A stretch of DNA of 64,000 nucleotides from a virus: positions 134,313 to 198,312 of the IMG/VR virus record IMGVR_UViG_3300032298_001038; one strand, written 5' to 3'. The first letter of the stretch is position 1. The number at the start of each line of letters is the position of its first letter. Under the pieces are notes generated by a model, which had not been told where the DNA came from, did not search any database, and saw nothing but the letters and a program-made list of their open reading frames with translations. This document shows positions 8,710 through 17,124 of the stretch, piece by piece. The position numbers and the translations under genes are program-made.

Positions 8710-9075
8710 TCAAGCCTCTACCGTGATGTTAAGTTTGATCGAACCGTCGGGCAGCGTCTCTTCGTAAACCGAGTAACCACCCTTCTGTGCCTCGTAAATC
8801 GCCTTTTCGACCGCGTACGCTTGAAGAAACTTATCGAGTTCTTCCTGCTTACCCCAGTTGCCGTTGTAATTGTCGTAAGCCGCGGCTCCGGTTTCCGTAT
8901 TGAACACGGCGGGGTACGACCAGCCGGGCAACCTGACCGCGAGACCATCGGCGGATTGACCAGCAAATAATACATGATGACCGGCGACGGGCTGCTCAAG
9001 GCCAAGGCGCTTGCAGGCCGACATTACGGCCGTCGCGTCACGAACTTCAGTTTTGATTTGTACGATGTGTGACAT
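8710..9075 (-). CDS. DUF1257 (Ycf35-like) protein
   Basis: MSHIVQIKTEVRD start and YDNYNGNWG, LQAYAVEK, DGSIKL motifs. Confidence 0.85.
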   Translation of the reverse strand: MSHIVQIKTEVRDATAVMSACKRLGLEQPVAGHHVLFAGQSADGLAVRLPGWSYPAVFNTETGAAAYDNYNGNWGKQEELDKFLQAYAVEKAIYEAQKGGYSVYEETLPDGSIKLNITVEA

Positions 9076-9087
9076 GTGTTATGTGTG

Positions 9088-9321
9088 TTAGCAGGTGACA
9101 ATGACTTCGGCTTTTGTTTCGACCCACACGTGAGCGCCGCAACTCAGTGGCTTTTCCGGCGAATAAATAGCATTAGCCGGTCCTTTGATTTCCAGTTTTT
9201 CGACAGGGTATGACTTGTTGCGCCACTGCACTGTGATAACGTTGTTTCGTTCGCCTTTGGTTTTGTTTCGGCGAATCATGTGCTGATTTACGTGAATTCG
9301 TTTTATCGTGCCGCGGGGCAT
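9088..9321 (-). CDS. Conserved small phage protein (start re-picked at MPRGTIK)
   Basis: IHVNQHMI...YSPEKPLSCGAHVWVET resembles a widespread phage family. Confidence 0.7.
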   Translation of the reverse strand: MPRGTIKRIHVNQHMIRRNKTKGERNNVITVQWRNKSYPVEKLEIKGPANAIYSPEKPLSCGAHVWVETKAEVIVTC

Positions 9322-9440
9322 AATGATCGTGCGCCCGGGCGTAAGTTTTTCGCGCCGCACAAAGCGGCAAATAGTAGCAGGCACGTTATGGCCTCCGGAT
9401 TTGGCGCGACCAGAGTGGTCTCGCACGGGCGCAAGCGCGC

Positions 9441-9504
9441 CTAGATGCCTACCCGCCCGGAGCCGGCCGCAGCGCAGCGACCGACCCCGTGGGCGGGAGG
9501 CTAG
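9441..9504 (-). other. Long intergenic RNA hairpin
   Basis: Minus strand CCTCCCGCCC/GGGCGGGTAGG encloses GGGGTCGGTCGC/GCGGCCGGCTCC (12 bp, three G-U pairs). Confidence 0.55.
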
Positions 9505-9509
9505 ACAAA

Positions 9510-10418
9510 TCAGTTACCGAACGTCTGAGACAACTGCTCAGCCGCGGTCAGGATGCGGCCAGCAGCCTGAAAAGAACCGCCGCAGGCTTCAACAAAAGCC
9601 TCGGCAGCCTGCAACTGCGACATCGGCACCTTGAAGCCGTTCGCGGTTGTGGGCCGGGCTTTGTTGGCCTCGCGGCGCGGTGCTGCGGTCGGCGCAGCCG
9701 CCGTGGTGACATCACGCTTCTTGGCCTTCAGGGCCGACCGGCTCTTCTCGGGCGTCGACGCAGTCGCCGTGGTCGCCGCAGGACGGCCACGAGTCTTGCC
9801 GCCCAGTCCGGCTTTCTTCAGCAACTGGCTGACCTGCGCCGGGCTGACCGTGATCTTTTTCTTAGCCAGCGTATCGACGATGTCCTTGCCACGAAGCGAC
9901 TCACCGACCTTGTGCCGGCGAGCAATCTCAGCCCGAACGTGATCCGACAAACTCATCTTTTCTGCCATGACAACATCATCCTCAGTGGTATCGGAGACTT
10001 CCTCGTCTCCGGCTTCTTCTTCGTCGTCAGCCACAGCGGTGACGACCTCTGCATCGTCTTCGACAACGTTCTGACTTTCGTCATCGACGTCGCCATCCTC
10101 GTAATCCGGTTCTTCATCGTCGGCTTCGTCTTCTTCGGCTTCTTCGTCGCCGTCGTCATCGTCGCCTTCGAGTTCGCCGGTTACTTCGGACGCGTCTTCT
10201 GCTTCGACAGCCGCGAGTTCGTCATCATCGACGTCTGCGCTGGCCAACTCGGCATCGACATCTATTTCTTCGTCGTCCATGACATCGTCTGAATTGGTCA
10301 TCTTCCCTGTAACCTTTTCCGTGGCTGGCTTGGAAGTTGGCTGCTTCGTAGTTGGAAGCGGCTTGCCCCACAAGTTGGTCGGACTGATGAGTCCACCAGT
10401 CGACAATTTCTTTGCCAT
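9510..10418 (-). CDS. Protein with a long acidic N-terminal tract and a basic nucleoid-associated-like C-terminal domain
   Basis: D/E-rich residues ~45-150, then SLSDHVRAEI...GKDIVDTLAKKKITVSPAQVSQLLKK and a K/A/T-rich linker; AGAGGA Shine-Dalgarno. Confidence 0.75.
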   Translation of the reverse strand: MAKKLSTGGLISPTNLWGKPLPTTKQPTSKPATEKVTGKMTNSDDVMDDEEIDVDAELASADVDDDELAAVEAEDASEVTGELEGDDDDGDEEAEEDEADDEEPDYEDGDVDDESQNVVEDDAEVVTAVADDEEEAGDEEVSDTTEDDVVMAEKMSLSDHVRAEIARRHKVGESLRGKDIVDTLAKKKITVSPAQVSQLLKKAGLGGKTRGRPAATTATASTPEKSRSALKAKKRDVTTAAAPTAAPRREANKARPTTANGFKVPMSQLQAAEAFVEACGGSFQAAGRILTAAEQLSQTFGN

Positions 10419-10564
10419 AAATCCTCTCTCCAGTAACGCGCCGACGCCGACCGTTTCGGGTCTTTAAACGCGTCTTGAATGCACGATATACGGGGGGAAA
10501 GAAAAATCAATCCCCCTGTCAATTTTTTTCTGCGGCGCAATGAAAACCGGCTGAAAAGCGAGCG

Positions 10565-11041
10565 TTAGCCGCTTTTGCCGAGAATCGTTTTCCGCAACTT
10601 CTCGATTTCGTCAGCCGTGCTGACGGCGAAGATTCCGGGGGCGACTTCCTCTCCCGCAATATCGATCGCTGCGGGTGGTGTCGTGGGCGCCGAAGCCCCC
10701 GGCGGAATAGTGCAGTTTGCTCCGCGGAGCCACTGCTGATTTAACTCGGGCCACTGTTCCATAGAGTGGATGGCGCCGAGAAGATTCCAAGCGGCGTGCG
10801 CGAGATGATCTTCGCTTCTATCGCCGCCGAGAAACTTGTAGACATGCGCAATTGCGTGATTGAGCAGGTCGGTGACGGGCATGCCGTTTTCCCAGTTAAA
10901 CTGGCCAAACTTCGCAGCACCCTCAGCGTATGTTTCTGCTAACCGTCGCAACCCGATCGGCGTGATCAGGTCGTAACGTGTTTGCTCGCAGTCGGCGCTG
11001 CGAACTGCGCCTGTGTCATACTCACGGCGTTCTTGCGTCAT
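10565..11041 (-). CDS. dATP/dGTP diphosphohydrolase-like protein (DUF5664 type; start re-picked at MTQERR)
   Basis: TGAVR, RYDLI, GAAKFG..NWENG, EDHLAHAAWNL motifs. Confidence 0.8.
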   Translation of the reverse strand: MTQERREYDTGAVRSADCEQTRYDLITPIGLRRLAETYAEGAAKFGQFNWENGMPVTDLLNHAIAHVYKFLGGDRSEDHLAHAAWNLLGAIHSMEQWPELNQQWLRGANCTIPPGASAPTTPPAAIDIAGEEVAPGIFAVSTADEIEKLRKTILGKSG

Positions 11042-11333
11042 TGGTTTCTTCCTGAAACGCAAAATAAAGTCGCGGCGTGTCGATGAAGGCCACGGTGCCG
11101 CGGGTGCCGTCGGCCTTTTTAATTACATGCACATACGGCGGATCGAAGTGCGAAACTTCGAAAACTTCCATGAGTTCGTCGTTAGACCAGACAGGGTTAT
11201 TTGTCCGCGCCAGCGCGGCCTTTGCCTCGTCTGAACTCATGTGCGCGTATTGCGCCGCCAAAATGCGCGCTACGCCCTGCTGGGACGCGACGATTTCAAT
11301 ATCTGTATTTGGCGCAATCTTCGTCTTATCCAT
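11022..11333 (-). CDS. Hypothetical protein (start re-picked at MDKTK)
   Basis: Coupled to upstream stop at 11326; KADGTRGT..F..TPRLYF motif. Confidence 0.7.
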   Translation of the reverse strand: MDKTKIAPNTDIEIVASQQGVARILAAQYAHMSSDEAKAALARTNNPVWSNDELMEVFEVSHFDPPYVHVIKKADGTRGTVAFIDTPRLYFAFQEETNDARTP

Positions 11334-11724
11334 TTGTTGTTGGATTGTCTTGCTTTGGCAAATTGTTGATGGTCTCTGTGCGTTCTTTGATTGTTTCGGC
11401 CAGTTGCGCCGCGTACGTGTCAAACATCTTGATCTGATTAATCAGGTCTCGGTTGACTTCTACGTTGAACGCCGCGAGGCGTGTCAGCAGGCGCAGCAGG
11501 CTCGCCATGTACGGCGGCGTCGCATCGCGAAGCCGCAGCAAACCAGACGGAGCGTTTTCGGGCTGGTTGACCCAGAGCGGGATGAGTGCAATTCCGTGCA
11601 GTTCCGGCACCTTGGTCAGCGCTTCAACTGTGAACGCTTCTACGAGTTTGAAAAACTCGGCGTCAAACGGTAAACGAGTTTGAACGGCTGCGTTTTCAGT
11701 GGCTGGGGCCGGTTGGGCTTCCAT
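11326..11724 (-). CDS. Hypothetical protein (start re-picked at MEAQP)
   Basis: GGAG Shine-Dalgarno; C-terminal coiled coil. Confidence 0.7.
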   Translation of the reverse strand: MEAQPAPATENAAVQTRLPFDAEFFKLVEAFTVEALTKVPELHGIALIPLWVNQPENAPSGLLRLRDATPPYMASLLRLLTRLAAFNVEVNRDLINQIKMFDTYAAQLAETIKERTETINNLPKQDNPTTNG

Positions 11725-11737
11725 GCTTTTCTCCAAA

Positions 11738-12088
11738 TTAAAGGATGGGGGGATCGTATCGCATTCGGCTCGGCACAAGGCCGTCGATTAAGTTTCCGAT
11801 TCGTGTTGCGGCCAAACCGTACACCACGACGCGAACGAGTGCGGCTATCGTACCGCCGAACGTGTCGCCTGCCAAGAGGAGCAGGAACAAGTAGATTGGG
11901 ATATGATAACTCTTGCAAAACGGGCACATAATGAGTTCCCACAGGCGACCCTTTGCCGACTCCGGCGCTGAGACGTCCTGCCACGCCTGCACGTACGCGC
12001 GGGCGGTTTCAAATATGGAACCCTTGTGCCAGACCTCGATGATTGCGCCGGAAGCAAACACGACTGCAACGAAGTCGAGCGCGTTCAT
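11738..12088 (-). CDS. Membrane protein, possibly DUF1360-like
   Basis: Three hydrophobic segments with a central CPFC motif. Confidence 0.6.
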   Translation of the reverse strand: MNALDFVAVVFASGAIIEVWHKGSIFETARAYVQAWQDVSAPESAKGRLWELIMCPFCKSYHIPIYLFLLLLAGDTFGGTIAALVRVVVYGLAATRIGNLIDGLVPSRMRYDPPIL

Positions 12089-12280
12089 TTATGAACCCTT
12101 TCGCTTGCGGGAATTTTCTCCGCGTTTAATAGCATTGGTAGCGACCAGCATAAAATAGCAAGCGACAAGCGCCGCCAGCATGCTGTAGCCGCCAACAGTG
12201 TATGAACTAATCAGACCGCCGGCTAGAACAAACGCGGCGATCTGAACAAAAGTCTTGTTGACGTCTGGGCTGTCACTCAT
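12089..12280 (-). CDS. Small two-TM membrane protein
   Basis: Two hydrophobic helices and a basic C-terminus; abuts the next gene. Confidence 0.6.
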   Translation of the reverse strand: MSDSPDVNKTFVQIAAFVLAGGLISSYTVGGYSMLAALVACYFMLVATNAIKRGENSRKRKGS

Positions 12281-12579
12281 TGATCACATTCTGTGCAAAC
12301 CCCGCTAGGCCATGGTTGCGTCTTTCCTCCGTCGACGTACTTTCGTGCGTACAGGAATTTGGGCAGGGGCAATGGTGCCTCTAATTTTAGATGATTTACA
12401 GGGTTATCGGGCAGGTACGCTTGAGGAGCCGGGCCGCGCAACGTATTCTGGTACGCAGGCAGTCGGCGCTCCATGTAGAGTTTTGCGCTTTTTCCGAATT
12501 GTGGCATAGTGTACTCCAATACAGCGGCAAGATACTGTTTAGTATACTCGCCGCTGCACGTCGGAACTACGCCCGCCAT
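12277..12579 (-). CDS. Hypothetical protein (100 aa)
   Basis: Overlaps both neighbours in operon fashion. Confidence 0.6.
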   Translation of the reverse strand: MAGVVPTCSGEYTKQYLAAVLEYTMPQFGKSAKLYMERRLPAYQNTLRGPAPQAYLPDNPVNHLKLEAPLPLPKFLYARKYVDGGKTQPWPSGVCTECDQ

Positions 12580-12773
12580 TCGCGGTACGCTTGAAATAAA
12601 CGAACGCCGGTAAGTATGAGCAAAACAAAAGTTTTGGAAACTACTTCAAAGACTAACCCGCACAAGTAGTTGACGCCATCTTCCAACCACTGCAATTCAG
12701 GCTCGTCATCTGGTAAGTTTCTGTTACCGGGCTGTTCGTAAGGCACAATTATCCGACCGTCATAATCGCGCAT
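12567..12773 (-). CDS. Small membrane-anchored protein (start re-picked at MRDYDG)
   Basis: ATG at 12773 abuts the terminase ATG in CATATG; hydrophobic C-terminal helix. Confidence 0.5.
   Translation of the reverse strand: MRDYDGRIIVPYEQPGNRNLPDDEPELQWLEDGVNYLCGLVFEVVSKTFVLLILTGVRLFQAYREWRA
12761..12766 (+). promoter_or_regulatory. Candidate -10 element for a leaderless terminase mRNA
   Basis: CATAAT (5/6 to TATAAT), 7 nt before ATG 12774. Confidence 0.4.
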
Positions 12774-14699
12774 ATGGCACCTAATAGTACGCAGGACTTG
12801 CCTGCAAATAACACAGCAGCGATCGAAGTCGCGAATCTTGGCGTTCGGTCGCTGCTGGAAGAACTGGCGTCGATTAACGCCACGGATCAGAAAGCCGCGC
12901 AAGCACGCTGTCGCGTGTTAGGTGCTCTTGCGCAGCAACGTGTATTTTCGTCTTTAGAGCCGCTACTGCCGTTGGTGTTGAACCTAAACGGTAAGCCGTA
13001 CACTCTAGATAATCACTACCCGTTTTCCCCACTTTTTCGTTGCCTGACACCGAAGAATCAGGTGTGGTGCACGGGCCGTCAGGTGTCGAAGTCTACGAGT
13101 CTGGCCGCGCACGGCGTTGTGGTGGCGAACTCCATTCCGTTTTTCAAAACGTTGTTCATCACGCCGTTGTACGAGCAGATTCGTCGGTTTTCAAATAACT
13201 ATGTCCGACCTTTCATCGATCAATCACCAGTAAAGGTGTTATGGTCAGGCACGACGACCGAAAACTCAGTTCTGCAACGTTCGTTCAAAAACAACTCAAT
13301 GATGTTGTTCTCATTTGCGTTGCTTGACGCTGACCGCGTCCGTGGTGTGTCTGCTGACCGTGTGTGCATCGACGAAGTGCAGGACATGGACCCCGATCAC
13401 GTTCCTATCATTCAAGAAACCATGTCGTACTCCAAATGGGGGACCATGTATTTCACAGGAACGCCGAAGACCTTCGACAATTTAATTTACGGTTTGTATA
13501 AACGTTCGTCGCAAGCGGAATGGTTTATACCGTGTCACTCGTGCCGGCACTGGAACATCCCGGCGCTCGAACACGATCTTGACGCGATGATTGGCCCGTG
13601 GTCGCCGCACATTAGCGAGAAGTATCCCGGCACCGTGTGCGCAAAGTGTCAAAAACCCATCAGCCCGCGGCACGGTCGGTGGGTGCATCGCTATCCTGAG
13701 CGGCGTTGGCAGTTTGCCGGCTACCACGTTCCGCAGATTATCTTGCCGCTGCACTTCTCCGATCCCGACAAGTGGACGACGCTGCTGTTGAAGCGCGAAG
13801 GCTTTGGCAACATGACGCAGGCCCAGTTCTACAACGAAGTCATGGGCGAGAGTATTGACACTGGTCAAAAACTCGTCAGTGAGACTGATTTAAAGGGCGC
13901 GTGCTTGTTGAAGTGGGAGAACAAGAAAGAACCAGACCCACAATGCTATCAAAACCTGATGAAGTACCGGCACCGCGTCTTGGCAATCGACTGGGGCGGT
14001 GGCGGCGAAGAAGGCGTTAGTTTCACCGCGATTGCCGTGATGGGTTTTTTACCAGACGGCAGAATCGATGTGTTGTGGGGCAAACGCCTGCTCATCGGCG
14101 GTGATCATTTGCAGGAAGCCATCGAGTGCATGAAGTGGTGCAACAAGTTTAAGTGCGATCTTGTAGCCCACGACTATACCGGCGCCGGCACCGTGCGCGA
14201 GACGGTGATGGTGCAGGCCGGTTTCAATCTTGACCGCGTCATGGCAATGCGTCTCGTCCGCTCAGCAGCGCAAGACATCATTGTCTACAAAGAGCCGACA
14301 CCGATTAATCATCGGCAGCATTACAGCCTCGACAAGACGCGCAGTCTGCTGTACACATGCCAAGCGATCAAAATGAAACAACTGCGATTTTTTCAATACG
14401 ACTGGTCATCGCAAGATGCGCCCGGAATTGTTGCTGACTTTCTGGCGTTGGTCGAAAACAAGACAGAGTCGCGACTTGGCGGCGACATCTATACTATTAC
14501 GCGCAACACGCTGCTGACTGACGACTTTGCGCAGGCTGTCAATCTTGGTGCGTGCGCGTTGTGGCACGTGTGCCAAGCGTGGCCTAATTTTGCGCAACTG
14601 GCCGGCGTCGGGCGGATTACCGCAAAACAGGTGGCACAAGAACGCGACATTGACTGGGCCGACGACTCTATCGGCAACAGTTACTTTGGCGGTTATTAA
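12774..14699 (+). CDS. terL: Terminase large subunit
   Basis: Walker A GRQVSKST, Walker B RVCIDEVQD, coupling motif GTPKT, CxxC pairs, nuclease AIDWGGG and DDFAQA. Confidence 0.9.
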   Translation: MAPNSTQDLPANNTAAIEVANLGVRSLLEELASINATDQKAAQARCRVLGALAQQRVFSSLEPLLPLVLNLNGKPYTLDNHYPFSPLFRCLTPKNQVWCTGRQVSKSTSLAAHGVVVANSIPFFKTLFITPLYEQIRRFSNNYVRPFIDQSPVKVLWSGTTTENSVLQRSFKNNSMMLFSFALLDADRVRGVSADRVCIDEVQDMDPDHVPIIQETMSYSKWGTMYFTGTPKTFDNLIYGLYKRSSQAEWFIPCHSCRHWNIPALEHDLDAMIGPWSPHISEKYPGTVCAKCQKPISPRHGRWVHRYPERRWQFAGYHVPQIILPLHFSDPDKWTTLLLKREGFGNMTQAQFYNEVMGESIDTGQKLVSETDLKGACLLKWENKKEPDPQCYQNLMKYRHRVLAIDWGGGGEEGVSFTAIAVMGFLPDGRIDVLWGKRLLIGGDHLQEAIECMKWCNKFKCDLVAHDYTGAGTVRETVMVQAGFNLDRVMAMRLVRSAAQDIIVYKEPTPINHRQHYSLDKTRSLLYTCQAIKMKQLRFFQYDWSSQDAPGIVADFLALVENKTESRLGGDIYTITRNTLLTDDFAQAVNLGACALWHVCQAWPNFAQLAGVGRITAKQVAQERDIDWADDSIGNSYFGGY

Positions 14700-15043
14700 T
14701 ACAACCGCCAGCAGTAGTCTTTTAATTTTGCACGAAGACGGGCGATGTCGCGAATTGGGCAACTCTCGATTGCTCGAACGACTGCCAACGCCTGATCGTG
14801 CAACGCGTTCGCAGCCTCCGAACAGTCCATGCTGCTCGCGTACAGTTGCCAATTTTCTCCGTCGCGCGGAATGGCCGGTGCACTACCTTTTACCGCGTCG
14901 TCTACAATTTTCTGAAAAACGCCGTCTGGCTCAGTGTCGTAGGCGCCGAACTCCCTGTACTTTTTTTGGACGGCTTCAAACTTTTTGATTTCTTCGGCTA
15001 CGGCTTCAACTATTGTTTTCTCTTGCGTGTCTGATTTCGTCAA
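14696..15043 (-). CDS. Hypothetical protein (115 aa)
   Basis: ORF convergent with terminase (4 nt overlap); start codon uncertain. Confidence 0.6.
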   Translation of the reverse strand: MTKSDTQEKTIVEAVAEEIKKFEAVQKKYREFGAYDTEPDGVFQKIVDDAVKGSAPAIPRDGENWQLYASSMDCSEAANALHDQALAVVRAIESCPIRDIARLRAKLKDYCWRLY

Positions 15044-15449
15044 CTTTCTGCTTCCCCTCGTCGGTAACGGAGAATGTAAAATCGTTATTGTCTACGTCAT
15101 ACTGGCAGTCTAGCAGGTTTTGTTTTACGCCTTCTTGCAAGACGTTCGACATAATGCGATCCATGAGCGCGGCGAGCAGTTCATTTATCTTTTTCTTGGC
15201 TTCTTCTTTCGTGTCACCGCCAACGGCGTAACCGTCATCGCTCACAAAACTGTGCTCTCGGACAATATTCTCGGCCTCCTGTAACGACAAATACTGATGC
15301 TTTGTCTTTGCTTCGTCGTCGTTTGCGGGTGTTTCGTTTAGCCGAGAGATAAATCGCCCGTACATAATCAGCGCGGCGTCGCGCACTGCTGGAATAGTGC
15401 TGAGTTCAAACCGCGCGTCGGTGTCGCTGTAGTCGCTGTCGTCAAACAA
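15006..15449 (-). CDS. Hypothetical protein (147 aa)
   Basis: TTG start coupled to upstream stop; globular composition. Confidence 0.65.
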   Translation of the reverse strand: MFDDSDYSDTDARFELSTIPAVRDAALIMYGRFISRLNETPANDDEAKTKHQYLSLQEAENIVREHSFVSDDGYAVGGDTKEEAKKKINELLAALMDRIMSNVLQEGVKQNLLDCQYDVDNNDFTFSVTDEGKQKVDEIRHARENNS

Positions 15450-15759
15450 CGTTCGCCGCCTCTAACCGCGCAGCGGCAATGGCCGCGTCATACGCGCCCT
15501 TGGCGAGAATGCGCGCCCGCACGGCGTCGCGCTGCCGCTCAAGATACGTCTGATACTCGCTGTCTGTGTTTACGACCGCCTCGGCAGACGAAAACGAGTG
15601 CGGCTTGCCGGTAAACGAATTGTCACCGGCTTTCATGATGCGCTCAATTGCCGTCAACTTGACGTTTGCCCGCGCGTCTTCAAGCGCCTGTTCGTGCGCG
15701 ACAGCGTCGGCAAGATTTCTAGCGGCGGCATTGATTGCGGCAACAAAGTTATTTGTCAT
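15442..15759 (-). CDS. Ala-rich helical hypothetical protein
   Basis: Packed ORF with coiled-coil character. Confidence 0.7.
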   Translation of the reverse strand: MTNNFVAAINAAARNLADAVAHEQALEDARANVKLTAIERIMKAGDNSFTGKPHSFSSAEAVVNTDSEYQTYLERQRDAVRARILAKGAYDAAIAAARLEAANVV

Positions 15760-15970
15760 AGTTTTTTAGGTCTTTCTTTGCCTGAAGTTCTTTTGCTGTT
15801 GGAATACGTTTCGGAAATTTTTCTGGGTGGCACAACTGGCACGACGCCTTGTTGCATCCGTTATGTGTTTTTCGAAACCTACCGGGCTTGTCGTATTCGT
15901 ATCCGTTGATCTGCCGCGATTCTTCGCGGCGCCGGTCGATAATGTGTTTTTCTTCGTGGTATCGTTTCAT
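15749..15970 (-). CDS. Small basic protein with C-x4-C-x-x-C-H motif
   Basis: GRFRKTHNGCNKASCQLCHPEK; directly downstream of tRNA-Thr. Confidence 0.65.
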   Translation of the reverse strand: MKRYHEEKHIIDRRREESRQINGYEYDKPGRFRKTHNGCNKASCQLCHPEKFPKRIPTAKELQAKKDLKNYDK

Positions 15971-15991
15971 GTTGCGGTTCCATTAGGGCAA

Positions 15992-16064
15992 AGCCGGTGG
16001 TCGGAGTCGAACCGACGACAGGCAGTTTACAAAACTGCTACTCTACCAACTGAGTTACACCGGC
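15992..16064 (-). tRNA. trnT: tRNA-Thr(UGU)
   Basis: Cloverleaf: acceptor GCCGGTG/CACCGGC, anticodon arm GCAGT-TTTGTAA-ACTGC, T arm GTCGG-TTCGACT-CCGAC; CCA not encoded. Confidence 0.95.
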
Positions 16065-16072
16065 TAATGTGT

Positions 16073-16312
16073 TTACGGTTTGATTTTTTGTTGCTTCAAC
16101 GCGCTGATGTATTTTACTACGTCGTCAAAACAGTCTTCGCACAACTCCATTCTGCACGTATCGCCGTCTTTTCGACTTGTGTAGCCCCATGTAGCGCAGA
16201 GCGTAGCGCATTCGTAATCGTCGAGTATTGTTTTGCAACTTTTTTCGCACACGTCGCAAAATATGTCGACGAGCGCGAGATGCGTTTGCTGCTGTTTTTC
16301 ATATTTTTTCAT
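16073..16312 (-). CDS. Small zinc-finger protein (start re-picked at MKKYEK)
   Basis: CDVC...LCEDC pairs; ATGA coupling with the upstream gene. Confidence 0.7.
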   Translation of the reverse strand: MKKYEKQQQTHLALVDIFCDVCEKSCKTILDDYECATLCATWGYTSRKDGDTCRMELCEDCFDDVVKYISALKQQKIKP

Positions 16313-16776
16313 GTGGCTTCTTGTGTTATTTGCACGGGCCAAAAGTACGGGAGATAGATCGGGTCATCCCAGCCGAACTGGGAATAATGCCTCAAATCCT
16401 TGCGCAATAGACTGCTGCGATGAGACGCGTGCAGTTCCGGCGAGCCGAACCATGCGGGGTAGCGGTTGACGTCGATTGTGGGCCGGAGCCGAGAGTATGC
16501 CGTTACGAACTCGTTCTCTAGCCGATCCTTAAATCCCCGCGACGTCCATTCGCGGCAAACTACGATTGCGTATACCAGAAGCGCAATCTCGTGTCCAGCC
16601 CACATCAAAACAGCGGGGTGGTGCTGCCAGCCTTTTTTGCCGGGCCTATGCTCGCCGATGGGTACGCCGCAGCAAAGCAAAATCTGCTTACACTCGACGC
16701 GTTGTTTTCCAAGGCGTTTGTTATCGAGGCATTTTGCCGATCTCCTAAAACTCGGGAGAGGCAAAAATGTTTGCAT
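16309..16776 (-). CDS. Pyrimidine-dimer DNA glycosylase/DenV-like protein (MSMEG_6728 family)
   Basis: MQTFLP...LDNKRLGKQRVECKQIL, HPAVLMWAG and HASHRSSLLRKD motifs. Confidence 0.85.
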   Translation of the reverse strand: MQTFLPLPSFRRSAKCLDNKRLGKQRVECKQILLCCGVPIGEHRPGKKGWQHHPAVLMWAGHEIALLVYAIVVCREWTSRGFKDRLENEFVTAYSRLRPTIDVNRYPAWFGSPELHASHRSSLLRKDLRHYSQFGWDDPIYLPYFWPVQITQEAT

Positions 16777-16778
16777 TA

Positions 16779-17123
16779 TTAGTTTTTGTCGTAGTCTTTG
16801 TCGTCAAAATCTTCTTCATAACTAGGGTCGTCATCTTCTTCGTCCCAATCTTCTTCGTCATCGTCGTCGTCGCCTGACCAATCTTCGTCCTCTTCTACTT
16901 CTTCGTCGTCGTCTTCCCACTCTTCATCGTCGTCCTCGTCGTCGTCGATATAAAAGTTGGGCGTTGGAATGTTTAAATCTGAATCGTCATCGTCGTCGTC
17001 GTCCTCGTCGGCGTTGTCATCGCTTACGAATTCCCACTCTTTTTCAATGAAATCTTCGTCGTAATTGTCGTCGCGACGGTTACGTACGTTCGAGCCAGAA
17101 AATAACAATCCGACGTAAGTCAT
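16779..17123 (-). CDS. Extremely acidic low-complexity protein (114 aa)
   Basis: Roughly half D/E with interspersed W/F/Y; starts 1 nt after the primase-like stop. Confidence 0.65.
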   Translation of the reverse strand: MTYVGLLFSGSNVRNRRDDNYDEDFIEKEWEFVSDDNADEDDDDDDDSDLNIPTPNFYIDDDEDDDEEWEDDDEEVEEDEDWSGDDDDDEEDWDEEDDDPSYEEDFDDKDYDKN

Positions 17124-17124
17124 A

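Noticed and set aside
10486-10522. Promoter from the perfect TTGACA upstream of 9510..10418
   Set aside because: No acceptable -10 hexamer at 16-18 nt spacing; the alternative TTGATT-16-TATCGT is too weak to call
12774-14699. Intein or intron in terminase
   Set aside because: Length and motif spacing are normal; no splice-junction or homing endonuclease motifs
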